Of a DNA stretch of 64,000 nt, positions 26,510 to 36,554 are shown one piece after another. Made by a program: the position numbers and the translations under genes. The stretch lies in contig JAADHI010000124.1 in assembly GCA_013151935.1 (NCBI GenBank), forward strand, positions 41,718 to 105,717. The letters run 5' to 3'. Below the pieces are notes generated by a model, which did no database searches, had not been told where the DNA came from, and worked only from the letters and a program-made list of their open reading frames with translations. The first letter of the stretch is position 1, and the number at the start of each line of letters is the position of its first letter. The DNA comes from Candidatus Manganitrophaceae bacterium (GTDB lineage: Bacteria > Nitrospirota > Nitrospiria > SBBL01 > JAADHI01).

Positions 26510-29500
26510 TTAAGTATCCAATAAAAAATCAAAATCAGTTTTACTCAGAGCGTAGGCCTGACCCTTTTGCTCCTCACCACCCATTACGGCATCATAAAGT
26601 GCACTTTTTTTCTTCTTTAAGTCCATCATTTTTTCTTCAATGGTGTGGCGCATCAAAATCCGAGTAATGGAGACGTTTTGTTTCTGCCCGATACGGTGGA
26701 CCCGATCCGAAGCTTGATTTTCCACGGCCGGGTTCCACCAGGGATCAAGATGAAAAACATAAGAGGCCTTTGTTAAATTAAGTCCCTGCCCCCCCGCCTT
26801 TAGGCTCAGCAAAAAAACTGAAGGCGTCAATTCTTCTTGAAAAGACCTCACCAAGGCCTTTCGTTGTAGGGTTGGGGTCGAACCATCCAAACGAGAATAG
26901 GGGAGCTTCCCTGGCGCCAAAGCCTCTTCGAGTAGGTCTAAAGCCCGTGTAAATTGCGAAAAAACAAGCGCACTATGGCCTTCTGCGTGCAGGGCTTGAA
27001 GCTGCTCAATCAGAAAAGTGATCTTTGGAGAATGTGCACTTTTTGTCTTAAACTCCAAACTAATCAAACGTGGAGAAACACACAATTGTCGCAATTTCAT
27101 AATCGCGGTCAGGGCAATAATTTTGGCCTGACCTGTGGTTTTATCACGGTAGGCCCGATTGATCTGAGATGAAATCAAAGAAACCGTCTGCTGATAAAGC
27201 GTCTTTTGCTCTCCCGTTAAGCTGAGATAAATATTCGTCTCGATTTTTGGCGGTAAGTCGTGCAAGACCGCTTCTTTCATGCGTCTCAAAACAAAGGGCC
27301 GTGTCCGCCGTATCAATACGGTCAGCAGTGGAGAATCGGACAACTTGAGTTGGGACTTGAATTGATCGTATTCTCCAAGTAAACCCGGCAGACAAAGATC
27401 AATCAGCGAATAATACTCTCCCAAATGATTTTCAAGCGGCGTACCAGACATCACAAGGTTAAACATTCCCTTCAGTTGTCGAACAGCACCTGTGGTTTCA
27501 GCATATATATTTTTAACGGTCTGGGCTTCGTCGAAGATGATGACATGAAAGGGAATTTCTTTTAGTTTTACGATATCACGTCGCACAATAGCATAAGTCG
27601 TCAAAACAATATCGTAGCCTTCAAACCTCGTCCGCCGATCTTTTCCAAAATAGGGGTAGAAACTCAAGTCAGGGTAAAACCGGGAGATCTCCTGTTCCCA
27701 ATTAAACAAGAGGGTCGGTGGAACAACAATGAGATGAGGTCCTTTTTCTGAGCCCGATTGAGCGGGGATACACCCTTCTTTTAAAGCCGCCAGCAGGGCG
27801 ATCGCCTGTAATGTTTTGCCCAGCCCCATGTCGTCGGCCAAAATTGCACCAAAACGATGTTGATACAAAAAAGCCAGCCAATCAAGTCCTTCTTTTTGAT
27901 AGGGACGCAAGGTCGCCAGTAAGTTCGGAGGCGTCTCAATTTGCTCAATTTGTTCCAATTGTGTGAGATGTTTGATCAATCGTTCGTCGGCTTCTGATAA
28001 GCGAATGTCCACACCTTCTTTTCTAAGCATGACCCAGTCTAATAACTGCATCCTCGGCACTTGTACAATTTCCCGTTTTTCACGCGGAGCATTTTTTGGC
28101 TGGTGATAAATAAGGGCCAGGGCATCGATAATTTTTTGCGCATTGGCATCCACAATCTGAATGGTGCCTTTGTCTTCAACAATGCCACGTCCCTGCAAAA
28201 GTTTTTGCCAGACGGCATCCGAGACCAGGACGCCGTCCGAACGAATTTCAGGACGAAGTTCAAACCAATCAATGCCCGAAGGCTTACGGGCATCAAAGGC
28301 AAAGTCCCATTTTACGGTTTGAACAGGTTTACCCTGATAATAGAGTGTAATTCCGACGGACTGACATTGCACATGAAGATGAGAGAGTTGTGCATCCAGT
28401 TGATTTGTGGGCAAGCGAATTTCGTGATAACGCGTCATCTCCCTAAAAACCTTGGCACCAAAACATTCAAAGGGGATTTTGTAGAGCAAGACCTCTTTTT
28501 CTTTTTCATTCGGAGCAATAAACCAATTCCCTGCGCTAAAATGTAGACGCGCGTCCTCGTCCTGTAAACTGCTAAAACAACGTTTCAGCAGTTCCCGTGC
28601 CGAGCGTTTTACGGCATATTCCGTAAAATCCCCATTAGAGAGGGCCTTTTTAATCACTTTAAGCGCCTCTTCTCTTTCCGTTATCTTGAAAAGAAGGAAG
28701 AAGGTTTGGTAGAGCACGGTTAATCGCTTGATCGCTCGAAGTGCTCCAGGTAGGCCCTGGGTATGGATATCCGTAAAAAAACCAAAGGTATGGCCTGTTG
28801 TCACGCCAACAGAATCCCCGATACGACATTCAGTGCGTAAACTTGTCGTCTCACCCTGCCTTGAGTCAATGGTCAAACGATGTTCATGTTTAGCGGATTG
28901 TGCTGCAGTGAACTGCCCCTCGACCTTCAACACCAGATGGGCCAAGGTGTCCTTCAATATCTTTTGTGTAATGTTGAGCTGTATGGATTGAAAGGTTTTT
29001 AAGGGAACCTTAAAGTGGGCGTTCGGGACGATCCATTCTCTTCCGGAAAGCCGCTGATCTTCTATTTCGTCCAATCGCTCAAAGGGACTAAGAGAAGAAG
29101 GCCTAAAAAGACGGTCAAGATGATCAAAAAGCCCCCAGCCCGCACGATCTCGGACACGGCCCAGGGTTCTTGTTTTTAAATCGACGACAAAATCCCAAAA
29201 CCGTTCGGTGTTTTCACAAGGCACATCCCCTAAAAAAATACAGGCCTGTACCGCGACAGAATCCCCCAAAACATTGAGTTCAGTCTTGCTCTGATACATC
29301 AATTGAGGATCCCAGCGCAGTCGGATCTGGGATAAACGCCCCTCAAAAATTAAGGGATAACGCGATGCATTTTTTTTAAGATGTTCGAAAAACCCGTCTC
29401 GTAGAGATTGGTCTGTATGATAACGGTAGGTGAAAACGGACAAACCATCAGGTAAACCACTGAGCGTATCGATCACCCGTCCTCCTCTTCTCAGGAAAAT

Positions 29501-30025
29501 AGCGGGGTAATCCTCCTTTGATTCAATGACAACCTCGAGGGTCTCTGCTTTCTTCGAAGAAACACTGCCCGATGGCAAAGTTTTCCCCTTCTGGGTCTGT
29601 GCCAGCTTGCGACTTACAAGACCTTGATTCCGAATCAAAACAGCCTTAAGTGCCTGAAGACGATTCTCATCCTGATCGGGCTGACTAAACCACTTGGGCG
29701 AAATCAGGTTCAGCAGTGACAACAGGACACAAATCACATGACGGCACTCTTGTTGCGACTGCTCCAATTGGCAGTCGCAACAAGAGTGCAAGTCTTTAGC
29801 CCTCACAGAAAGGGTCACCGTGTAAGATTTTGCTCCAGCAAGGGAGGCTTTTAAGAGGCTTTGGTTTTCCTGCCAAAGAATGGATTGCAGCCGCTCGGCC
29901 TTATAATCTGCAAAGCCCAGAAGAAAAACAGACTTTGAGGTCATTTGATACAGGCTGCTGGGCTGAAGTATCTTTAAAAGGGACAGCAGGTCTGGATCAA
30001 GAGGTGTATTGACAACTTTCTCCAT
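26510..30025 (-). CDS. SNF2-family helicase with N-terminal SWIM zinc finger
   Basis: SWIM-like CCDCQ...ECRHVICVL. SNF2_N: LRPYQKEGLDWL...LADDMGLGKTLQAIALL and DEAQTVKN. Helicase_C: LLSLKAGGQGLNLTKASYVFHLDPWWNPAVENQASDRVHRIGQ. 1171 aa. Confidence 0.85.
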   Translation of the reverse strand: MEKVVNTPLDPDLLSLLKILQPSSLYQMTSKSVFLLGFADYKAERLQSILWQENQSLLKASLAGAKSYTVTLSVRAKDLHSCCDCQLEQSQQECRHVICVLLSLLNLISPKWFSQPDQDENRLQALKAVLIRNQGLVSRKLAQTQKGKTLPSGSVSSKKAETLEVVIESKEDYPAIFLRRGGRVIDTLSGLPDGLSVFTYRYHTDQSLRDGFFEHLKKNASRYPLIFEGRLSQIRLRWDPQLMYQSKTELNVLGDSVAVQACIFLGDVPCENTERFWDFVVDLKTRTLGRVRDRAGWGLFDHLDRLFRPSSLSPFERLDEIEDQRLSGREWIVPNAHFKVPLKTFQSIQLNITQKILKDTLAHLVLKVEGQFTAAQSAKHEHRLTIDSRQGETTSLRTECRIGDSVGVTTGHTFGFFTDIHTQGLPGALRAIKRLTVLYQTFFLLFKITEREEALKVIKKALSNGDFTEYAVKRSARELLKRCFSSLQDEDARLHFSAGNWFIAPNEKEKEVLLYKIPFECFGAKVFREMTRYHEIRLPTNQLDAQLSHLHVQCQSVGITLYYQGKPVQTVKWDFAFDARKPSGIDWFELRPEIRSDGVLVSDAVWQKLLQGRGIVEDKGTIQIVDANAQKIIDALALIYHQPKNAPREKREIVQVPRMQLLDWVMLRKEGVDIRLSEADERLIKHLTQLEQIEQIETPPNLLATLRPYQKEGLDWLAFLYQHRFGAILADDMGLGKTLQAIALLAALKEGCIPAQSGSEKGPHLIVVPPTLLFNWEQEISRFYPDLSFYPYFGKDRRTRFEGYDIVLTTYAIVRRDIVKLKEIPFHVIIFDEAQTVKNIYAETTGAVRQLKGMFNLVMSGTPLENHLGEYYSLIDLCLPGLLGEYDQFKSQLKLSDSPLLTVLIRRTRPFVLRRMKEAVLHDLPPKIETNIYLSLTGEQKTLYQQTVSLISSQINRAYRDKTTGQAKIIALTAIMKLRQLCVSPRLISLEFKTKSAHSPKITFLIEQLQALHAEGHSALVFSQFTRALDLLEEALAPGKLPYSRLDGSTPTLQRKALVRSFQEELTPSVFLLSLKAGGQGLNLTKASYVFHLDPWWNPAVENQASDRVHRIGQKQNVSITRILMRHTIEEKMMDLKKKKSALYDAVMGGEEQKGQAYALSKTDFDFLLDT

Positions 30026-30051
30026 AAACCGCTTGAAATCCGAAACGATTA

Positions 30052-30912
30052 CTAATTTTGTTGCATGTATTTAAAAAATTCTGATTGCGGCGTGGTAACA
30101 AGTGTTGTGCCTTCATTGAAGACTTTTTTGTAGGCCTCCATTGAGCGCATGAATTCAAAAAATTGGGGATCTTTCCCATAGGCTTCGGCATAAATTCGGA
30201 ACGCTTCTGCGTCTCCCTGCCCCATGAGTTTTTGTTGTTTTTTATAGGCTTCAGCCAAAAGGATCTCTTTTTCCTTTTCTGCTTCGGAACGGACTCTCTG
30301 CGCCGCTTCTTCACCTTCAGAGCGATAGCGTTTTGCTTCCCGACCCCGCTCCGCCTGCATCCGGTTAAAAACAGCTCTTTCATTTTCTTCCGGCAAATCG
30401 GCCCGTTTAATGCGGACATCAACAATTTCGATGCCATATTCCAAAGCCTTCTCATTGGTGATTCGCGTAACAGTCGCCATAATTGCTGAGCGGTTTTTTG
30501 AAATAATTTCGGAAAGATCCTGCAGTCCCAAATCGACGCGCAATTCCGAATAAATAATATCGTCCAAACGCGCCCGCGCGACCTGTTCCGTTCGAAAAGC
30601 CTCGTAAAACTTGAGAGGATCAACAATACGCCACTTCGCAAAGTTGTCGATGACCAAGGTTTTTTTGTCCTTGGTTACCACATCCTGAGGGTCAGAGTCA
30701 TAATCCAAGAGCCGTTTGTCAAACTGGATTACATCCTGGATAAAAGGAATTTTAAAGTTCAGCCCTGGCTCAGTAATCGTCCGAACAGGTTTTCCCAACT
30801 GAACAACAATGGCGGTGTGAATAATATCCACGATAAAAAAAGGAGATCCACCCATTAGAATTAAAATGAGCAGCCCCAAGATCATCACCCCAAAGAGGTT
30901 TTGTTTTTTCAT
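30052..30912 (-). CDS. hflC: protease modulator HflC (SPFH/band-7)
   Basis: 286 aa. N-terminal TM plus an SPFH domain. It overlaps hflK by 4 nt. Confidence 0.85.
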   Translation of the reverse strand: MKKQNLFGVMILGLLILILMGGSPFFIVDIIHTAIVVQLGKPVRTITEPGLNFKIPFIQDVIQFDKRLLDYDSDPQDVVTKDKKTLVIDNFAKWRIVDPLKFYEAFRTEQVARARLDDIIYSELRVDLGLQDLSEIISKNRSAIMATVTRITNEKALEYGIEIVDVRIKRADLPEENERAVFNRMQAERGREAKRYRSEGEEAAQRVRSEAEKEKEILLAEAYKKQQKLMGQGDAEAFRIYAEAYGKDPQFFEFMRSMEAYKKVFNEGTTLVTTPQSEFFKYMQQN

Positions 30913-31943
30913 TTCGCCCCCTGCTTTAACCCTTTACCGAGCACCCCTCGGTCAAGTGGCAAATAGGGCAATACCTTTCCCGCCACCGCATCGTCTATGA
31001 TCACCTTATCCACTTTGCTCATCACTTCTTCCATCGTTTCGATAAAGATGCGCTTTCTAATAATTTTTTCTGATTGTTTGTATTCTTTTAGGGTTTTCAA
31101 AAATCGATCAGCTTCCCCCTCTGCCCGTCGCACACGCGACTCAGAATAGGCTTGTGCTTCATTCACCATCTGAGCGGCCTCGCCCTTCGCTTTGGGAATG
31201 ATGTCATTCCGGTAACCGTGTGATTCGTTAATCAGTTTTTCTTTGTCCTCTTTGGCGCTGGCCACATCCTTAAAGGCCGCAGCAACATCATCCGGTGGAT
31301 TTACATCCTGAAGCTGGATCGCCGTAATTTGCACCCCCGCCTCATATTCATCCAATATGTTCTGAAGCGCGGTTTGTGCTTCAAGCTGGATTTGCGCCTT
31401 TCCAACCGTCAGGGCTTCATCAATATCTGTTTGACCAACGACTTGTCGAATCGAGGCCTCTGCGCTCTTTTTGATTGTTGCACCGATATCAGCCACATTA
31501 AAAAGAAATTCCTGCGCATTTTTAATCCGAAACTGGACGATCATCTCCACTGCAACGATATTTTCATCGCCCGTTACCATGAGGGCCTCAACCGGGATAC
31601 GTTGAGAACTCGATCCCCGTGTGCGAAAACCAATTTCAATCCGGTGTAACTTTGTGATTTTGGGTAAAAGAACCTCTTCAATCATCGGAATTTTCAAATG
31701 TGGCCCGGGTGAAGTCGTCCGCACCATTTTGCCAAAACGCAGTACAACGCCTTGTTCATCGGGCGCGACAATGTAAAACCCCTTCCAGAGAAAGAATCCC
31801 ACAACAAGGAGCAGTAGGATAATCTTCCAGCCCTTGAATATGGGGCCAGGGGCACGCTGTTTTAAAAACTTTTGAAATTCTTTCAGGATTTTGACAAAGG
31901 GATCTTCAAAATCACCACCGGGGCTTCTGGGCTCCCAAGACAT
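30909..31943 (-). CDS. hflK: protease modulator HflK (SPFH/band-7)
   Basis: 344 aa. TM segment (WKIILLLLVVGFFLW), an SPFH domain and a coiled C-terminal region. Paired with hflC. Confidence 0.85.
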   Translation of the reverse strand: MSWEPRSPGGDFEDPFVKILKEFQKFLKQRAPGPIFKGWKIILLLLVVGFFLWKGFYIVAPDEQGVVLRFGKMVRTTSPGPHLKIPMIEEVLLPKITKLHRIEIGFRTRGSSSQRIPVEALMVTGDENIVAVEMIVQFRIKNAQEFLFNVADIGATIKKSAEASIRQVVGQTDIDEALTVGKAQIQLEAQTALQNILDEYEAGVQITAIQLQDVNPPDDVAAAFKDVASAKEDKEKLINESHGYRNDIIPKAKGEAAQMVNEAQAYSESRVRRAEGEADRFLKTLKEYKQSEKIIRKRIFIETMEEVMSKVDKVIIDDAVAGKVLPYLPLDRGVLGKGLKQGAK

Positions 31944-32315
31944 AAGACATCCTTAAGTTTGAGGAGGGAAAAAGTATCGAGTGGGTACCTTAGCATCTAC
32001 CATGACGGAGGTCAATACTCTCAGATTTTGCAAAATAGCCCGCGGATGAGGCGGACAAAACATGAGATGAATATTGAGACGCGCGTCTGGCAAGACAATC
32101 CCATGAGGGTCTCAGCGCAGCCCTCAGGACTTCCCTGCCTTGACGGTTTTCAAAGACCTATGATACCTTTGATTTATCATGCTTTTTGCCCAGAAACGTG
32201 CATCATTAAAAAATGACACACGTGTTTTTATCCTAAATACTTTGTAGGAATTTTTGGGCGCTAAAATGTTTTAGAAGTTCATCAATAAGCAAAATGGACG
32301 CTCTACCCAACAACT

Positions 32316-33521
32316 ATGGCGCTTGAAGGCACACTAAAAGATTTTTCCCCGTTTGATATCATGGAACTCATCGATTTCAAACAAAAAACCGGCCTACTTT
32401 TTGTGACCGCCCCAGAGGGGGAAACAATTACGCTGGGCTTCGAAAAAAAAGGCCTGGTTCTCGCCCAATCCTCCACAAAAAAAAATGATCTACAGCTGGG
32501 AAACATTCTGGTTCGGGCAGGAAAAATTACCGAAGCCAACCGAGACAAAGCCCTGGAGATGCAAAAAGGAACACTTGATCGTTTAGGCTTTATCTTCGCC
32601 CGGGAGAAATATTGTACCGAAAAAGACATTTGCGAAAGCCTCCGCATTCAGATAAAACGTGTTTTTTTCACCTTGCTGCGATGGAGCGAAGGTATTTACA
32701 TCTTTGAACCCCGTGAATCCATCGACTACTTTCACGAGTTCATCAAACCCGTCTTTGTTCAGCCCTTGAGTGTAAAAGGGCTCATGATGGAAGGCGCGCT
32801 CATGATTGACGAATGGCCGATGGTGGAAAAAGTCGTCAAATCACTCGACATGGTTTTTCGCCGACTTCCGGCCAAGCAGGAAATTAAAACCCTTACAGAA
32901 GAAGCGGCCTTTGATTTTGAAGGAAGCGCTACAAAAAATGACACTGCGATTCATCTCACACCGGATGAGAAAATCTTATACGACTTAATTGACGGACGTC
33001 AATCTGTTTCAAGTATTCTGGAAAAGACCCTATTTTCGGAATTTACTTGTTGTAAAATAATTTTTGATCTTGTCAAAAAAGATCTACTTGAAGAAAACAA
33101 AGAGTCTCCCCTTGAAGTCAGCCCTCCCTCAAAAAAAGATGCAGCTTCAGGGGATGTGCTCTCTGATGAAATCGTCCGGAAAAACTGGGAAGCCGCGCGC
33201 GTATTGGTCCAGCGTGCCTTGCCGGAGGCCCTCATCCTGGAAATCACCCTTTCTCAAAAGAAAGCAACGCTCTTGCAGGGAGAAACAGACCTAGAACAAT
33301 GGCCAGACTTGATTATGGCCATTTACCAAGAAGCAAAACCACTCGGAAACCGCAGTGACGTCGGCGTTTTTGAATATGTTGCGGATGAAGTCGGAATCGC
33401 ACTCTTTTGGGATCATCGCACCGATTACATGCTTGTTGTGGTATCGGCGCTCAACGGCAGCATCGGCGCGTCTCGCTTTCGTGCCCACGTGGCGACCGTC
33501 ACACGTTGTGTCATCGTTTAA
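32316..33521 (+). CDS. PATAN (DUF4388) domain protein with Roadblock/LC7-like C-terminus
   Basis: The N-terminus LEGTLKDFSPFDIMELIDFKQKTGLLFV is the DUF4388 signature. The C-terminal VGIALFWDHRTDYMLVVVSALNGSIGASRFRAHVATVTRCV resembles the last strand-helix of Roadblock/MglB domains. Confidence 0.6.
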   Translation: MALEGTLKDFSPFDIMELIDFKQKTGLLFVTAPEGETITLGFEKKGLVLAQSSTKKNDLQLGNILVRAGKITEANRDKALEMQKGTLDRLGFIFAREKYCTEKDICESLRIQIKRVFFTLLRWSEGIYIFEPRESIDYFHEFIKPVFVQPLSVKGLMMEGALMIDEWPMVEKVVKSLDMVFRRLPAKQEIKTLTEEAAFDFEGSATKNDTAIHLTPDEKILYDLIDGRQSVSSILEKTLFSEFTCCKIIFDLVKKDLLEENKESPLEVSPPSKKDAASGDVLSDEIVRKNWEAARVLVQRALPEALILEITLSQKKATLLQGETDLEQWPDLIMAIYQEAKPLGNRSDVGVFEYVADEVGIALFWDHRTDYMLVVVSALNGSIGASRFRAHVATVTRCVIV

Positions 33522-33535
33522 GTTGAGGATAAACC

Positions 33536-33943
33536 ATGAGCCAGATGAATGACGCATGCAGAAAAGTACTGGAGAGTGTTGGTAATGCCCTCGCCTGCGG
33601 GGTCTTTGATCTAGAACGCAAACAGGCGATCGAGATTGTCCATGTGCCTGAATTTTCAGATGTGCAACAAGAGATGATCACCCACGCGATTATGAATCTC
33701 TTTCGAGGGATTAACGCAAAGCTCCTGGCAAATCGTGCGCACGAACAAATTGGAAAACCGGTCATGAAAGAAAAAGGATTCAGGGAAATCCAAATGGCTT
33801 TTGAAGAAAACTTTTATTTTTCAAAAACCATCAAAAATGGAAATGCAGCACTCATCCTGGTGACAAAAGAAAACACGAATATCGGCATGGCCTGGGTCCA
33901 ACTTAAATCAGTGATTCCTATTGTTGAACCCCTCATTCCTTAA
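33536..33943 (+). CDS. Roadblock/LC7 (MglB-like) domain protein
   Basis: 135 aa with a GAGGA RBS. ALACGVFDLERKQ...FREIQMAFEENFYFSKTIKNGNAALILVTKENTNIGMAWVQLKSVIPIVE has the Roadblock-like pattern. The call rests on pattern recognition only. Confidence 0.45.
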   Translation: MSQMNDACRKVLESVGNALACGVFDLERKQAIEIVHVPEFSDVQQEMITHAIMNLFRGINAKLLANRAHEQIGKPVMKEKGFREIQMAFEENFYFSKTIKNGNAALILVTKENTNIGMAWVQLKSVIPIVEPLIP

Positions 33944-33988
33944 AAAATATTTACACTTCAGCACATAAAACAATCATCTCAAACAGAA

Positions 33989-34019
33989 GGGGGCCGCACG
34001 AGAAATGACATGCGGCCCC
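33989..34019. terminator. GC-rich hairpin between convergent genes (bidirectional terminator candidate)
   Basis: GGGGCCGCA / TGCGGCCCC is a 9-bp perfect stem with a 12-nt loop. It lies between the Roadblock gene stop (33943) and the nrdJ stop (34047). Confidence 0.55.
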
Positions 34020-34046
34020 ACCAGAAATGTTATTCAAAAGCAGATG

Positions 34047-36416
34047 CTAATAGCAGCGTGAGTAGCCGCAATAGTGACATTTTTCGCAGCCTTCCCCAAA
34101 AATTAATTCACAACCACATTCAGGACAGGGAAAAACCATTTTCTGTGTTTCCATGACAGGAGGTTCTGCAACGGCAACAGCAGAACCGCCTTGCGCTGGA
34201 TAACGATCCTCCGAGACCTTCATTTCCAAAGACTGATTGAAAATTTTGGCAATGGCGTCCGAACAGGAAAGCACTTTTTCCGGGCCAACACCAAAAGGCT
34301 TGTTACAACGAATACCGATCAACTGCTTGACGATATCACGTGGGGTCACCCCGGCCCGCATGCACAGGGAGATGAGACGACCAATGGCCTCGTTAAAAGA
34401 ACCCTCGCAACCCCCTGCTTTGCCCATTGTGGCAAAGGCTTCAAAGGGTTTTTTGCTCTCTTGGTCTTGATTGACGGTTAAATAGAGGTCACCACAGGAA
34501 GTCTGTCGCTTCGTGGTTGTGCCTAACATGACTTCTGGACGGGGTCGGGGCGTCACGATGGGGAAATACTCTTTTTCACTCCCTGCTGAGGCATGCTCGG
34601 TCGTTTTGGTCGCTTCGCCTTTTTTGGATTTTCCCACATTCATGACTTGATCGGGGCGACAACCATCTCGGTAGACCGTGATGCCTTTACAGCCCAAACG
34701 ATAAGCCAAGAGATAGGCCTCCTTAATTTCATCCTCAGTCGCGTTTGTGGGCAAGTTAATGGTTTTGCTCACCGCAGAATCTGAAAAGGCTTGAAAAGCC
34801 GCCTGCATACGCACATGCCATTCGGAAGAGATCCCATGAGAGGTCACAAAAACATCCTGCCAATGTTGCGGCACCTGCTTGAGACCACGAACCGAACCCT
34901 TATTGGCAATAATTTGATCCAGTAAATCATCCACATAAAAACCCTCACGCTTGGCCACGTCGGTAAAATAATCGAGCGCATAGGGCAAGTGCTCCCCATC
35001 CATGACGTTTTTATACCAAACCAGTGAAAATTCGGGCTCACAACCGCCAGAGGTATCTGCAATCATCGAGATCGTTCCTGTGGGAGCAACAGTGGTGAGA
35101 TAAGAATTCCTTAGCCGTCGCCCCTGCTCTTGATGACGCGAGCCCTCCCAATATTCATAAACCCCGCGCTGCTCCGCGAGCCGTGCAGATTCATCAGAGG
35201 CCATTTTATGTATAAAACCCATGACGGTACGGGCCATTTCAATCCCGCTTTCTGAGTTATAGGGGATCTCAAGCTTGAAGAGCATTCTGGCAAAACCCAT
35301 AACCCCCAAACCGATTTTTCGGTTAGCACGTGTGATTTCTTCGATTTCAGGAATCGGGTAACGATTCATGTCCAGCACATTGTCCAAAAAATGGATAGAG
35401 GTACGCACGGTTTCTTCAAGTGCGGCCCAATCAATCTGGTAGCCGTCGTCCACTTTTTTAAGATGCCGCTCCAGCGTGATGCTACCTAATGTGCAGCTTT
35501 CGTAAGGCAGTAAGGGCTGCTCGCCGCAAGGGTTAGTCGCCTCCATGTCAGCAATATGGGGGGTTGGGTTTGTTCGATTTGTCGCATCAATAAAAAACAA
35601 ACCCGGCTCTCCCGTTTTCCAGGCCTGCTCGGCGATTTTATCCATCATTTTTTTGGCAGAAACGGATTTCACCGCTTCCCCCGTTCTGGGGGAAATCAAG
35701 TCATAATTTTCGCCTTTTTTGTAGGCCTCCATAAAACGATCTGTAATCGCGACAGAGATATTAAAGTTTGTAATTTCAGAGGTGTCTGATTTACAGGAAA
35801 TAAAATCCAGGATATCGGGATGATCTACACGCAAAATACCCATATTGGCTCCTCTGCGTGTGCCGCCCTGTTTAACGGCCTCTGTTGCATGATTAAAAAC
35901 TTTCATGAATGAGATTGGCCCGGAAGCCACACCACCTGTGGATTTCACACGATCATCTTTGGGGCGTAATCGTGAGAACGAAAACCCTGTGCCACCGCCA
36001 GATTTGTGAATAATGGCTGCCTGTTTCACGGTTTCAAAAATCGATTCCATCGAATCCTCAACCGGCAAGACAAAACAGGCCGAGAGCTGTTGTAAATCAC
36101 GACCCGCATTCATCAATGTTGGAGAATTAGGAAGAAAACGAAAGCTTGTCATCAAATCGTAAAATTGTTCTTCCGTCTCAAGCAGATCGCAAGTGTCATC
36201 ATAAACATGTTCGGCCTTTGCAATATTATGGGCAACACGCCGAAAAAGATCTTCGGGGCTTTCGACAACTTTTCCTTGTAAATCTTTAAGCAAGTAGCGT
36301 TTTTCCAAGACCCGAAGCGCATTCTGCGAAAGAGCTATTTTCTCTTGCAGACCCTCCTCTGTTTTGATGGATGCGGTTTTTAACTTGGCGCTGCCATTTT
36401 TCTCGATCCCCTTCAT
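34047..36416 (-). CDS. nrdJ: class II (adenosylcobalamin-dependent) ribonucleotide reductase with C-terminal Cys-rich zinc tail
   Basis: 789 aa. Active-site TNPCGEQPL. The monomeric class II layout is present. The C-terminal tail is CPECGCELIFGEGCEKCHYCGYSRCY. RBS AGGGAGG. Confidence 0.9.
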   Translation of the reverse strand: MKGIEKNGSAKLKTASIKTEEGLQEKIALSQNALRVLEKRYLLKDLQGKVVESPEDLFRRVAHNIAKAEHVYDDTCDLLETEEQFYDLMTSFRFLPNSPTLMNAGRDLQQLSACFVLPVEDSMESIFETVKQAAIIHKSGGGTGFSFSRLRPKDDRVKSTGGVASGPISFMKVFNHATEAVKQGGTRRGANMGILRVDHPDILDFISCKSDTSEITNFNISVAITDRFMEAYKKGENYDLISPRTGEAVKSVSAKKMMDKIAEQAWKTGEPGLFFIDATNRTNPTPHIADMEATNPCGEQPLLPYESCTLGSITLERHLKKVDDGYQIDWAALEETVRTSIHFLDNVLDMNRYPIPEIEEITRANRKIGLGVMGFARMLFKLEIPYNSESGIEMARTVMGFIHKMASDESARLAEQRGVYEYWEGSRHQEQGRRLRNSYLTTVAPTGTISMIADTSGGCEPEFSLVWYKNVMDGEHLPYALDYFTDVAKREGFYVDDLLDQIIANKGSVRGLKQVPQHWQDVFVTSHGISSEWHVRMQAAFQAFSDSAVSKTINLPTNATEDEIKEAYLLAYRLGCKGITVYRDGCRPDQVMNVGKSKKGEATKTTEHASAGSEKEYFPIVTPRPRPEVMLGTTTKRQTSCGDLYLTVNQDQESKKPFEAFATMGKAGGCEGSFNEAIGRLISLCMRAGVTPRDIVKQLIGIRCNKPFGVGPEKVLSCSDAIAKIFNQSLEMKVSEDRYPAQGGSAVAVAEPPVMETQKMVFPCPECGCELIFGEGCEKCHYCGYSRCY

Positions 36417-36554
36417 GGATCCTCCCTATTCTGTATAAAAAAGTGTTTGAGATACCTCTCATTTCCCCAGAGGCGCTTTGATTGAAAGTAGATGTGAAAC
36501 ACACCGAATATAATTAAGCTATAAAATAATCCTGCGACTTTGTCAAGGGCTAAG

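Noticed and set aside
29997-30641. 214-aa alternative-frame ORF spanning the hflC/SNF2 junction
   Set aside because: It overlaps hflC, whose SPFH identity is clear. It is highly basic and Arg/Lys-rich, as expected of an off-frame read-through.
32034-32043. 10-mer AATAGCCCGC shared with the interior of repeat copy A (24759-24768)
   Set aside because: No arm sequences flank it and no other blocks are shared. A single 10-mer match in 64 kb is compatible with chance.
31872-32216. 114-aa plus-strand ORF in the hflK / DUF4388 divergent region
   Set aside because: It overlaps the hflK 5' end, has no RBS, and its composition is not protein-like. The region is better read as divergent promoter DNA. 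It contains the palindrome AGACGCGCGTCT and an ACACGTGT motif whose role I cannot assign.
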